DNA from: Catajapyx aquilonaris
Taxonomy: Eukaryota
Assembly (NCBI GenBank): GCA_000934665.2
Contig: KZ538468.1
Span: forward strand, 48,094 to 68,093
Length of the DNA stretch: 20,000 nt
Reading direction: 5' to 3'
Shown: one piece after another, positions 1-11,052 of the stretch
How positions within the stretch are numbered: the first letter of the stretch is position 1
How the letters are laid out: every line of letters begins with the position of its first letter
Translations under genes and position numbers: made by a program
Notes under the pieces: model-generated
The model's input: the letters and a program-made list of their open reading frames with translations, nothing else
Told to the model about the DNA's origin: nothing
Database searches by the model: none

Positions 1-3000
1 GTTTCACTGCAATGCAGTGTCGTGTTTTACTTATATCAGTAACATTACACTCACATTTTACCCGTCCTCCAATCGCATCCTTTTCCAGATGTGCACGATA
101 ACCTAACTGTGTATAGTAGTACTCCGACCTGGAGTAATGAGCAGAATCTGTGATCGCTTCCTGCTTCCGCCAGCACCGTGGGTAGTTTTCCTCCTGACCT
201 AAACATGCCCACTAATTTACTACGCTTTCCCTTTGAATCACTACAGTTACAGCTCAATACGTGGGTCAACTGTTATTCCAGTAATACACTGGAAGGTGAA
301 TAACTCCGGCGGATTCGACAGCGAGTCCTCGGCCGATTCAAAAAGTGGAATAAAACTCAGTGCTAGTAAATGTGGTGTAAGTGTAAACAAAAAACAAAAT
401 GTGAATGTCAATAATCCTTTAAATTTAACCTACATGAAAGCTAAGAAAATTTTTATCATATATAGGATTAGCATTAACCTACCCCCTGATAAGGCCCCTT
501 TCTTCAAAAGTTGACATGTCTATAGGACATAATTATTATTGCCTTAAAAAGCCCGGATTATCCCGGATAATGGGTGACGATTTCACCACGATCATTTCCA
601 CACCGATATAATCGTTGGGTCGTATTCTATCCCTGAGAACTCAATGAAACGTGCCCCGCTGTACAGTCCCTATAAAGTACAAAGAGAGCCCCATTGTGTG
701 CAGAAGCCATTGGCATAAAAGCTTGCCGACTCGGCCGCTGGGTATTATTAATGTTTCCATTGTGACAGGCTTAAGACTTGGAAAAACATTTTGAAAGTCC
801 GGAGGGTTCTGCTGCGCCGGGTGCCGCAGATGGAGAAAAAGGGACTGTGGTACACACTATATGCCTGCATGGATTGGGTAGTGGTCTTAGGAAACATACT
901 GTACAGTACGCAGTGGACAGGATCAGTTTGAATGCATGGCCAAACACTTACAGTCATATAAATCTTACCTGTAGCTTCATTATAGTAGATTATCTCATAA
1001 CAATATTAAAAGACTGAACAAGATAGTCCTACAGTATCACTATGGCCATGAAAAACTCTTAAAAAGTGACAATCAGGGTCACAGAACAGTACATTAACTG
1101 CTGCTATAATCCTTATCTCCTGTTGGCCCTTTCATAGACTCTCACATTGGGACTTTGTATAGGGAAACTCAATACCGCCAGGTTTTACGGATTAGAGACT
1201 CCTGCTTTTATACAGTGTGTTGTCCTGAATTTTATGGCAGCCCTGCAATTCGCGGGTCATCCCATCACAAATAAATTATCCATTGCACTCAACCATTATA
1301 TGCGGTAGTTGATACACTTATATTGGTCACGTTTTTTATAATAATTTTAGCAAGTCTGATTGTAAACATACTGGAATGTGATGCATGAGAAAACTTCTGT
1401 GCGCATAGTTTGTATCGTATTTCGTTGTATATGAATTTTGAACCAATAGTGAATGAAGATTATTGAGTGGATTATCAAAATGGTTTATCATTTTGAAGAA
1501 TTGTATTATGTTTACTTATTCATGGCATTTCACCATCTCACAACAGCTGTAGGCCTATAGAATTATATTACTTGGAAAATCTGCAAATAAAAATTGACAA
1601 GCGTGACTGCTCAATTACATGGATATTGCGCAGTGTATCCACTTATCTCCAATCCGTGGAGGATATGCCTGGTAATTATATCTCACGAACTGAGTTTTCT
1701 TTACTGGTGAAATAGACCCACCATATATCCACGCAGGTAAATGGTGTCGTAATATGTTTTTAAATTCGTTTGAAAAATTACCCGAGGTGCCTTACAGTGG
1801 TGTAGTTGAAATTAATAATAGTTATTAAAATCCCATCTTTGACCATCTTCATCCAATTCTGGAATATTCCACATCATTGAGAGTTTCCATGGTTTGGAAA
1901 TTATTATCACAAAACTGTGATGATTATTCCATTGGAATTTCATTAGACCTACACAAATTCAATTTAACTTGATGTTTAATAATCACAGATGTACTAGTGC
2001 ATAGTGTTTCTAACACATAACCATTGCCACCAGTATTATGCCTATTTGTAATTATTTCCGTATTAGAAAACTAAAACGTGAAGTTAAATAATCATTTCAA
2101 TCCTTTGAGCTAGGTCATATTACAAAGCGCGTGCGCCAGCTTTATCTTCCATCTAGACGTTATGCATATACCAATAGTCTGGAATTCCCAGCTGATTAAG
2201 CAGTCCGTGACATTTCCACTGACACGAATTCAACCTTAATTATGAAACGCGCTGTGCATGATAAGAAAAGGTCACTAATTATCTGGTTATTGTCCAAAAT
2301 AAAATCAACTCTATAACTACCGGTGCGTTCAATTTTGATGGAGTATTTCTGAATGCGCTTAAAAATTAGAGAATATAGAGTAAGCGAGCATAAATAGCCA
2401 CGTAGTTAATATCGATAAAACAAACTCCATTGGATCTATAAAGATTTTAAACGTTTAGCACGACGAAGAAATTAGGACCTGTCGATATGACATCCGTGTA
2501 TATCGCATATAGTTACTATAGTCTTCATAATCGTAACATTTTGTCATTTACTAGTATTTCCGTTATTTTTGTGAATAATTTAAAAGTGGAAAAATGCAAA
2601 ATGAGGAGCTAGACATTACACAATTTTGATTTTATTTGTTCAACTTCCAAAATTCACGATGATGTTCTGTGTGTACTGTGTAGTGCACCGATCCTTTCTC
2701 ATCCAACAATCCACTTGTGAGCCCTCTGTACGAGTTGTATACAGTTTGGAAGATAAATCAGCTCAGTTCCGCATACTTCAGAAGTGGATTTCGCTTACGC
2801 TGCTGAGGTCAAGTTGGCATTCTGATTGTAAGGTAGCCTACACAGGGAAGTGCGAGGGATAAAGACTTGGTTCTTTTTTCTTATCCCGAGTTCGAGCTTA
2901 CACATAATCATTCGCAAAAGTTTCACTGACACCGATCTGCTAAGCTAGCGTATGTTCCTTTACATGAAAGTACTTGCCCTTCTCCAATAGAGTTCGCCTA

Positions 3001-3802
3001 CTACAAAAAAAAGTGGAGTGGTTGGGGTAATAAACAAAACGTGATAAAAAATCTACATTAAGATTATCTGGACAGTGAACAACTGAAATCAATCTTATTA
3101 TACATTGGACAATGAATTTCTGTATAGGGTGCCTTAATGCAAGTCATGGAATTTCATGGTTTGCTCCAGATGGAGTAAGAATCTGGAACGTTTTGCTGCA
3201 ATTAAGTAACATTGTGCAGGGGAATAGGTTGCCTACTTTGGCCACCATATGGCTCTGCTGTGCTACTCCACTTCCGACAAAAACTGATTATGTCTGCTAG
3301 AATCTTAACATTTTGTCTGATTTTTAGCGCGATTTGACCCATGAATGCGATTTCCCTTTTAGGTTATGCAATTAACACATGTAGTAGACAAAAGCATTAC
3401 ATCACCAGCATCAGAGCGTGAGAATATTTGAAGCATAGGTCTCATCGTTCTTCACACTATACTGATACTAAGAACGCAGTGAAATATTTACATATGAACA
3501 ATTTGCTTCATGTGATGAACTTCTTTTTCATATATACATCGTTATAGGAAAGAATGGGGGATTTGACCTCAAAATAATCACGTAGACAAGAGCATACTCA
3601 ACAGTCTCACTCCAACATTTTACACCGTAATTCTGCAATACCTACCAAAGCCATTTCAAAAAGATTATAGTGGGATATGTACACAGTACCTTAAACATGA
3701 GTACTCATTGTGAAACCTTCTGTATACCGATGAGCCAGTCAAAATTAGTTACAGCATAAGTCACTTTTGTACACAAAGGACCACTGTTGCTGTGTTGAAA
3801 TT

Positions 3803-4232
3803 TTTTTTATTATTATTATTATTTTTTTTTTAAATTACACCCTTGAAGCCTTCTGGCTTATGTAGGGGGGAGGTCTTTTCTACCATTTTCTAACTCTCCG
3901 GTGCTGGAATGGAGGGGGGGACAGTGGTGCAAGTGCAATGTCTCATGGCGGAGGCCGTGTGCAGTCCCCCAGAGGGCTAGGTTGAAAGACGACCCTCTAG
4001 GTGCGGGTAAGAGGCCTCCCACAAACGCCGCACCTCCTCCAGTACGGGGCAGGGATAGGGAAGGCAGGAAGCGGCTGTGGCCTACGATTAGGAAACAACT
4101 CCGGTATTCACCTGGGGGTGACCGTGGGAAACCACAGAAAACCACGGTCAGAGTTGCCGGCCTGGGGATTTGATCCCTGGACCTCCCGATTTGCAGCCGG
4201 ATACCAAATCCCCTCAGCTACTGCTGCTTCGG
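3803..4232 (-). mobile_element. tRNA-derived SINE, full length (Lm1-like core)
   Basis: Perfect 15-bp TSD tgctgtgttgaaatt at 3788-3802 and 4233-4247. The minus strand has an A-box-like TAGCTGAGGGG and a degenerate B-box GGGATCAAATCC. The core GGTTTTCTGTGGTTTCCCA..CCAGGTGAATACCGG..TTCCT..AGGCCACAGCCGCTTCCT resembles the arthropod Lm1-type SINE core as I recall it. It ends in a 3' hairpin AAGCC-AGAA-GGCTT and an A/(TAA)n tail (T/TTA-rich on + at 3803-3831). Confidence 0.88.
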
Positions 4233-4511
4233 TGCTGTGTTGAAATTACGCCCTGCGTTAGTACGGAATTTTGAACCTCTGATAATAATTATTTATTTAC
4301 GCTGTGGGAAATTTCATTTGATCTGGGCACGAAGGACACAAAGCGATTCAGAAGTGTTATTGTAATGGTCCGACGACGGAGGTTTTTAGCAAACCTGTGC
4401 CATGCAACTGAAATGCCAAATTAGTATTGCATTTGTACCGCATTAATTTGTAAAACGTCACAAAACAGGGCTATATGAATGCTATTATTATAGAGTAAAT
4501 GTTTTCACCTA

Positions 4512-4720
4512 CACTGTAAACCACAAAACATGAAAAGAGCATCACTGGTGAGTCTCCCATGGAGCATCCATTTTCAATGCTCTTATTCTAATGCTCTTGT
4601 GATGCTTTTTAGCCACAAAAAGCATCACAAGAACATTACAAGAGCATTAGAAGAGCATTAGAAATTGATGCTCCAGAGACTCACCAGTGATGCTATTTTA
4701 ATGTTTTGCGGTTTACAGTG
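4512..4720. mobile_element. Foldback MITE, CACTG...CAGTG termini (CMC/EnSpm-like non-autonomous DNA transposon)
   Basis: Left arm CACTGTAAACCACAAAACATGAAAAGAGCATCACTGGTGAGTCTC is matched by right arm GAGACTCACCAGTGATGCTATTTTAATGTTTTGCGGTTTACAGTG. The inverted symmetry continues almost to the centre (TTTTT-AGCCAC-AAAAA). TA flanks both sides (4510-4511, 4721-4722). Confidence 0.85.
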
Positions 4721-5735
4721 TACACATATGGGAATACGATTACTTACCTCACCTTTCCTTTCTCTCTCCTCCAATTAAATATACAGGGTATCACCTGGAA
4801 TTGGTCACGAATGGATATACAGAAAGGCCCTGTTTTACGATGTTTCACATTAACTACCTTTCCTAAATCTTTAACAATGAAATAATTTTAAACACATTTT
4901 GAAAATGACAAAAAATCTAAATATGAACACATCGCTGCAACACTTCTCACTGTCAGTCCAAACATACTACTGCATAGGCACTTCCTTTGTTTTTTGTGGT
5001 GCATTGTGGCAGGGTCTATAGATATGTATACAGGTAGGCTTACCTGTATACACATACCTATAGTCATTTGATGACTTTTCATTTTTCGACCTTGTTTTGC
5101 TGGAACCTAACCTTGTCGTAAAGCTGTAGTAAGTATATACGGAAACTTCCCTATATTTTTACTTAACGCTATTTGTCTTTTACTTTACGGCTTTCTTTCA
5201 GCAACATAAAGAGATAATGGAACTATATAGAATAATATCATCAAATTAAATATACTGGAAGCTGAGTTGCAATAAAACAACGCAGTAATTTGCAAATTAT
5301 ACCGACTCTGCATTACAAATCGACCGAATCGTACACTAGCTTTACTGTAATATTAGTCGATCAGGTGATCATAAATTAATGAATTATACCGCTGTTTCTT
5401 GCTCCTTTACACGCCTCGGGCGCAAAAGTGCTCCACTTCATGCTCGAAAGAACAGCCAAGAAATCACTCACGCGACATTCAACTGACGTCATGAAATCCT
5501 GATTACGTTCATATCTGTACACTCAAATGAGCACCTGCGCATTTACAATTAACCATAACCTCACCCATCTTGTACCCGTTAACAGAAGAAATGTCCGCCA
5601 TTTGAAGATTGGATTCTCCGAAGAAAAAAAATATGACTTCCCGTTGCAACATCTGAAGCTTGACTCAGTTTTCATGATCGGCTAACCACCTGACGAGCTG
5701 AGAAGAAAAATGAATTTCGGCATCTATACGTAACC

Positions 5736-5765
5736 GGGGGGGGGGGGGGGGGGGGNGGGGGGGGG
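5736..5765 (+). repeat. poly(G) tract of ~30 nt (contains an N)
   Basis: Directly visible. The N suggests the length is uncertain. Confidence 0.9.
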
Positions 5766-7319
5766 CTTCAGCCACATAAAAAATGTAGAATTGGGGTGAG
5801 TCTATCCACTTTTTTAAAAAAAAGGTTGCTGCATCTGTTTCAAAGGAAGGGAATTGGCCATGTCAGCAGCTCTAAGGGGTTGGAAGGGAGCATTATTATC
5901 GCAACAATTTTTGGGGGATTCGAGGTGAAAGTCCCGGGACGATGAACTTTGTTGATAGTTGCGGTTTTTTACCGCCTTCATTTTTTTTATATACCTTTGC
6001 TGCATGCGTGCGTTCGAGTAAACATTAAAATTCCCCTTTTATTGCTCCCAACTAATGGAGCAAATTACGCCAACTGCCACTCTAGATTTTCAGTCTCCTC
6101 CAAAAATGTTATTGATATTTCTCCAACACATTTGCGGACCGATTAACATTTTTGTCAAGTTCAATGGGTACCTTGGTTTCTTCGGAACCTCTCATCAATG
6201 CGGCTTCTAATGAGGGACGCGACCCAGTGGGGGAGGTAAGATTCCATAGAAAAAGAACAAAAAAGAAAAAAAAACCTGCCCGAAACCTAAATGCTGTGTC
6301 GTGTTAATACTAGTCGGTGTCTTTTTGTGGCTAATCCTAAGTGGAACTCTAATTCTCCTTTTTGGTTGTTACGCTAAAGGGTATCAAGAATGATTGCCCT
6401 TCCCTTGAAAACGTAAAAACAACCTAAATGGCTCCCAGCATATCAGGCCTATTTACATTAGGTTCAGCCATAAAGGAAAATTGATGTGAATCATGATAGT
6501 GGTATGGATGTAACCCTTCGTCCCATGTCAAATCACGTTCACAAATTTTGGGAGTTCATTTCGTTTAGTAACAATAAACAGTGTTCTCCTGTAGCCATTA
6601 GTAGTGTGAAGAGCCTTGGGAGTTCTTTAGTGGATTGTGGTAGTTGCAATAACACACTCGGTCTGTTCTTGTTCCGTTATTTTGGCTGCAGTATGGTGAA
6701 AGAGATTTTGAAGTGTACGCTGTTTTAAGAGCATGTACTGTGTCATATTTTGGGAGGATAAACATGCACCAAATCTGCAGTGTTCATTATTGACATTAAA
6801 ATTGCGTCCCCCCCATTAATACCCTGGTCAATGTGCAGGCTACTGCAGTACGTTGGGAGTAACACTCTGCAGTGTTTGTGTATTTACGGATGTACTATTT
6901 TTACTACTTCTAAACACTGTACTCTACATTGCCTGCAACACCTAGAGTAATCACAGCACGTTGGGCCGCTGGAACATTCTGTTTGTGTACAGGACAGGCC
7001 TATTTTCTCAGTGACATTCTATCATTTACACCGGTGACAATTAGACCAAAGCACGTGCTTTGCTAACTATAGTAGTCAATATGGAATATAAGTCAATATT
7101 TTCGCCAACAAGATAGGCTATTTAAATGCGGTCAATCATTGGATTTTTTTTACGAATTATCACACTAATTAATTCTGAAATCTCCAGGCAGAACACTTAA
7201 AACTCTTGCACATTTTTGAAGAGTTCACTACCAATTTCAAGATATTTCTACATTGTTTCCTGATGCCATCTGTTAAACCTAAAATTGAATTTCTCTTACA
7301 CGAGCATAAAAGGTAACAG

Positions 7320-7420
7320 AGCAGGTTGTATCAACTAAATGAAGTAAAATCTGATTATGTGTCGTAAATAGCTATATACGCATAATCAGATATTTTCCTT
7401 TATTTTTATACAACTGGGCC
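7320..7420. mobile_element. Degenerate ~100-bp palindromic MITE (PIF/Harbinger-like end)
   Basis: GTTGTAT..AAAATCTGATTATG..TAGCTA..CATAATCAGATATTTT..ATACAACTGGGCC|TTA. It is an imperfect palindrome centred on TAGCTA, and the right end GGCC followed by TTA fits a Harbinger-type TIR and TWA target. Confidence 0.5.
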
Positions 7421-8023
7421 TTAGAGCAGGGAATGACATTTTTACGTAGTTTTGTAAAATATTTTGCCAAGAATATTTGCCAAGAAATATTCTACACAAC
7501 TAAAATGTCAAACGTCATCCAAAAGTTGGAGAATCGAATTAAGTAAAACCCAAAACAAATCTGGCCAGATTGCACCGGATACACTTGCTATTGCTTAGAA
7601 TATTCATATACATGCGCACATCTGCACTGAATAACTTTGTACAGTACGTCTTGGAATATCAGGAGTTGAGATTTTATTCGCCACGTAATCCGAACAATGA
7701 AATTGTGTGTTTACTTGAGTTTTTAATAAAGGTTATGCATTGCAGAGCACCCGAAAAAAATAGTACCATGGTACAGTACTTACCATTCCGTGATCCAAAT
7801 AGGCCTACTTCAGAATACATCTGTTGTACATTCAAGTGAACGACATCTCAACCGGTGCGGTGCACGTTCACAAAGACAAAAAGTGACTGAGCCGCAATTT
7901 GCAAATACTCCAGACATGTTGGCGTAATCGCCCTATTTATCTGCCTTATCACTCTCCTTCAAACAAATGGCCCTCATGTGCCCCATACGAATTTCGTACA
8001 TTAATCAACCTGCAAGAACTGAA

Positions 8024-8114
8024 ACCCAGTGGTATATATGCAAATTAATAGAAAATATCCGGTTATAATATTCAAACGACATAATGGGATAATTTAGATT
8101 GATACAACTGGACC
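8024..8114. mobile_element. More decayed copy of the 7320-7420 MITE family
   Basis: CCCAGTGGTATATA..AGAAAATATCCGGTTAT at the left and ATAATGGGATAATTT..GATACAACTGGACC at the right align with the arms of the 7320-7420 element. Confidence 0.4.
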
Positions 8115-8473
8115 CGCCCACGTAGTTCATCAGGTCATGTGCATGCGAATCTCGTTGATGATAATTTATAACTCATGCATAACGGCAACAAGGATATTCT
8201 TTTCGATCTCACGATTTTGACACTCGAAACAAGCGATTCAGCAGTTGTAAGTAACTGTCCGTTTCTTTTACCACGATTATTTGTGGAGGAGCGAAGGGGT
8301 CCCGCTTGCCCCTAGGGCCTACAGGAGGAAGAGGTGATTATTAGGCGCGTTAATTGCACAGGTATAGCGTGCTGAGGCATCAAGTGGGGGGCCATTTAGA
8401 TAGCTGCCACTTACACATCTTGTGGGCCCAGCTGCTTAATTAGACGGCCTAAGCGAGGCAAAGTCAGTGCAGA

Positions 8474-8496
8474 AGCCAGCCAGCCAGCCAGCCAGC
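8474..8496 (+). repeat. (AGCC)5 microsatellite
   Basis: agccagccagccagccagccagc. Confidence 0.85.
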
Positions 8497-9340
8497 TATT
8501 GATCCCAAAAAGGCCCTATAAGCTGCGAACAATAACATCACACGGGGCGGAAGGAAGTGGAAAAAGAGAATAAAGGCGTTTCCTGTGAACCCCATTGCCT
8601 TTTTCCCTGGCCTCTAAGAGCAAAACTGGTCCCGATAAGGATTTTCATTACGAGACTATTTCCGGGAGATCTCACAATCCTCTACCTCCCCCCTCCCTCC
8701 CCCCCTTCTACTATATACCGATGGCGTTGATAGGTGACGTGGGAAAACCTTTACTCACCGTTGGTCAAGGGGAGTTATTGTACTGCAAAACCTGCGCGCG
8801 GTGGCTAATGATGTAACCTTACGTACACAATGCGGTAATTGAGAACTTTTCGCCCTACTCTTGCTCGCCTTCGGAATCGGGGCCTCTTAAGACGGTTAAG
8901 CGATGGTGATGACTTCCGGCCATTTTCCTTTTGTGCCACCTTACTGGTATGGTTGCGGTACATTAAGCAGAGTAAGGAACGGAAAGGACCCTTTCCGTAT
9001 AAGGATCAGTACCGCACGCTTCCACCATTTTCATTCGATATTTTTTTTGTTATCGATGGCTGGTAGAGTGCGATGGCCGTATGTCACACAGATGGTTATG
9101 CGCAATTTTTTGCGATTTAATTTTGCAGCTGCAGGATATCTCGATTGTGAAGTTAATGTTCCGGGCTTCTGTAGTCCGATTTCAGCACGCGCACGCACAT
9201 CAACCGTTAGTCGAAAATGAGTTCACGCTGCATCATCCAAATTGATGACGCCTGACTAATCCTCTTGCTAAAACTCGGTCTTGAAAGTTACAGCCTAAAG
9301 AATCACTAGTTGAGATATTTTTGTCACCTTTCATTTTCCG

Positions 9341-9631
9341 CTTGCGTTCAATAAGCTATGGGGACGTTGAAAACTCATCTTTTCGAAGCTAGTGTAAACT
9401 AACCTAACCTACCCTACCTAACATAACCTACCCTAACTAACCTAGGCTGAGAGAAATGGACTTTTGTGAAACCCTGCAAATCGAAATTGTGGGGACATGT
9501 CCCCACTATAACGGTAACGTTCTGATGTGGGGACCCAAAATGTCCCCACAAGAGAAATTGTGGGGACAGTAGTCCCCACAGTTACAGTAAAAACACATAT
9601 ACTTCCGGTCCCACAGCTTATTGAAGACAAG
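9341..9631. mobile_element. MITE with ~25-bp TIRs, internal (ACCTA)n-like microsatellite and three GTGGGGAC/GTCCCCAC palindromes
   Basis: TIRs CTTGCGTTCAATAAGCTATGGGGAC (9341-9365) and GTCCCACAGCTTATTGAAGACAAG (9608-9631). Degenerate ACCTA/CTAAC repeats at 9399-9444. Palindromes at 9489-9506, 9526-9550 and 9559-9580. Confidence 0.75.
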
Positions 9632-9854
9632 AACTGTATGTCCCGCGCCATCATGTGTATTCCGCAATGAAAATCAAAAGCCAAACGTTGACATCCAATT
9701 AATGCCTTATGGTCTGGTCGTTTGCTGATGTGATTAATGCAAAGCAAACAAATTAGACGAAATCACAGTAATAACCGATAAGCTTTTGCCGCTCTGTTAT
9801 CCACTGATGTGTCCACAGTGTCGACGTCCTTTAGTGACCACTGTTTGATATTGA

Positions 9855-10271
<417 letters not shown>

Positions 10272-10612
10272 TAAAAGAACATTATAGCCTGTATTTTGCT
10301 GAATGTGTTGAGACGAGCGATTACAGTAATGAAGGTGCTTAGTGGCCTGCAAAATATAAAGTTACAGGGGATGCGAAAATTTTGCACAAATGTACATCAC
10401 ATTGCTCTTGCACCGGGTATAGCGTCAAGAATGATGTGTTTTATAAGTTTGTTTTGAGATATGATAATTCCCTACAGCACCAAGTCCTTTACTTTTTATG
10501 AATACGTTGTATGTGAAGCGTCACTCATTTTTATTTTTCGACCTGTATAGTGTTAGCATTTTCACACCGTGACGCCTTAATATGAAACTGGCCCTGCAAT
10601 AATAATGTAATA

Positions 10613-10877
10613 GGGCGACACGGTGGCCGAGTGGTTAGCGCCGCAGCCTTCCACCTCTAAGGTCCCGAGTTCGATCCCCGGGTCGGACGGAGGATACTTA
10701 TGTGGATAGAGTTTCGATGGGTTCTCTCCGTGTTCGCGTGGGTTTTCTCGGGGTTCTCCCGTTTCCTCCCACTATCAAAATCCATCACATTACAGGCAAA
10801 TGATTAAAGTCGGTTATACAAAAGATGATCCCCTAAGAGGCCCAAGGGGCCTATCACGGGGTATCCATTATCATTAT
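10613..10877 (+). mobile_element. tRNA-derived SINE with V-domain-like core, full length
   Basis: A box TGGCCGAGTGG (10624-10634) and B box GAGTTCGATCC (10667-10677). The core GAGTTT..GTTCTCTCCGTGTTCGCGTGGGTTTTCTCGGGGTTCTCCCGTTTCCTCCCAC (~10701-10780) matches the V-SINE domain as I recall it. A 3' stem-loop AGGCCC-AAG-GGGCCT precedes a short (ATT)-rich tail. 15-bp TSD aataataatgtaata at 10598-10612 and 10878-10892. Confidence 0.9.
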
Positions 10878-11052
10878 AATAATAATGTAATAATACAGTA
10901 TATCTAAAGGCCTCAAACAATTATACGATAGTAATACACCTTACGATTTTTTTATAGGCCGATACTGTTATAACGATAATGAATATCCACTTTTTAATCC
11001 AGATTAGATCATTAATATTACCATGCATTCCCTATACTTTCGCTCCGCTGCT

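Noticed and set aside
3858..4243. Three overlapping ORFs of 80-95 aa
   Set aside because: All lie inside the GC-rich SINE, and none resembles a known protein.
9399..9444. Telomere or interstitial telomeric array
   Set aside because: Only ~45 bp, degenerate and internal to a TIR-bounded element.
9489..9580. CRISPR-like palindromic repeats with spacers
   Set aside because: Eukaryotic context, repeats of unequal length with irregular short spacers, no cas genes, and enclosed by MITE TIRs.
10363..10548. Possible Tc1/mariner MITE remnant (TACAGGG...CCTGTA)
   Set aside because: Inverted similarity does not extend convincingly beyond a few bases.
10613..10690. Possible tRNA gene (A and B boxes)
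   Set aside because: It runs into a V-like core, tail and TSD, and has a diverged second copy nearby, so it is a SINE head rather than a tRNA.
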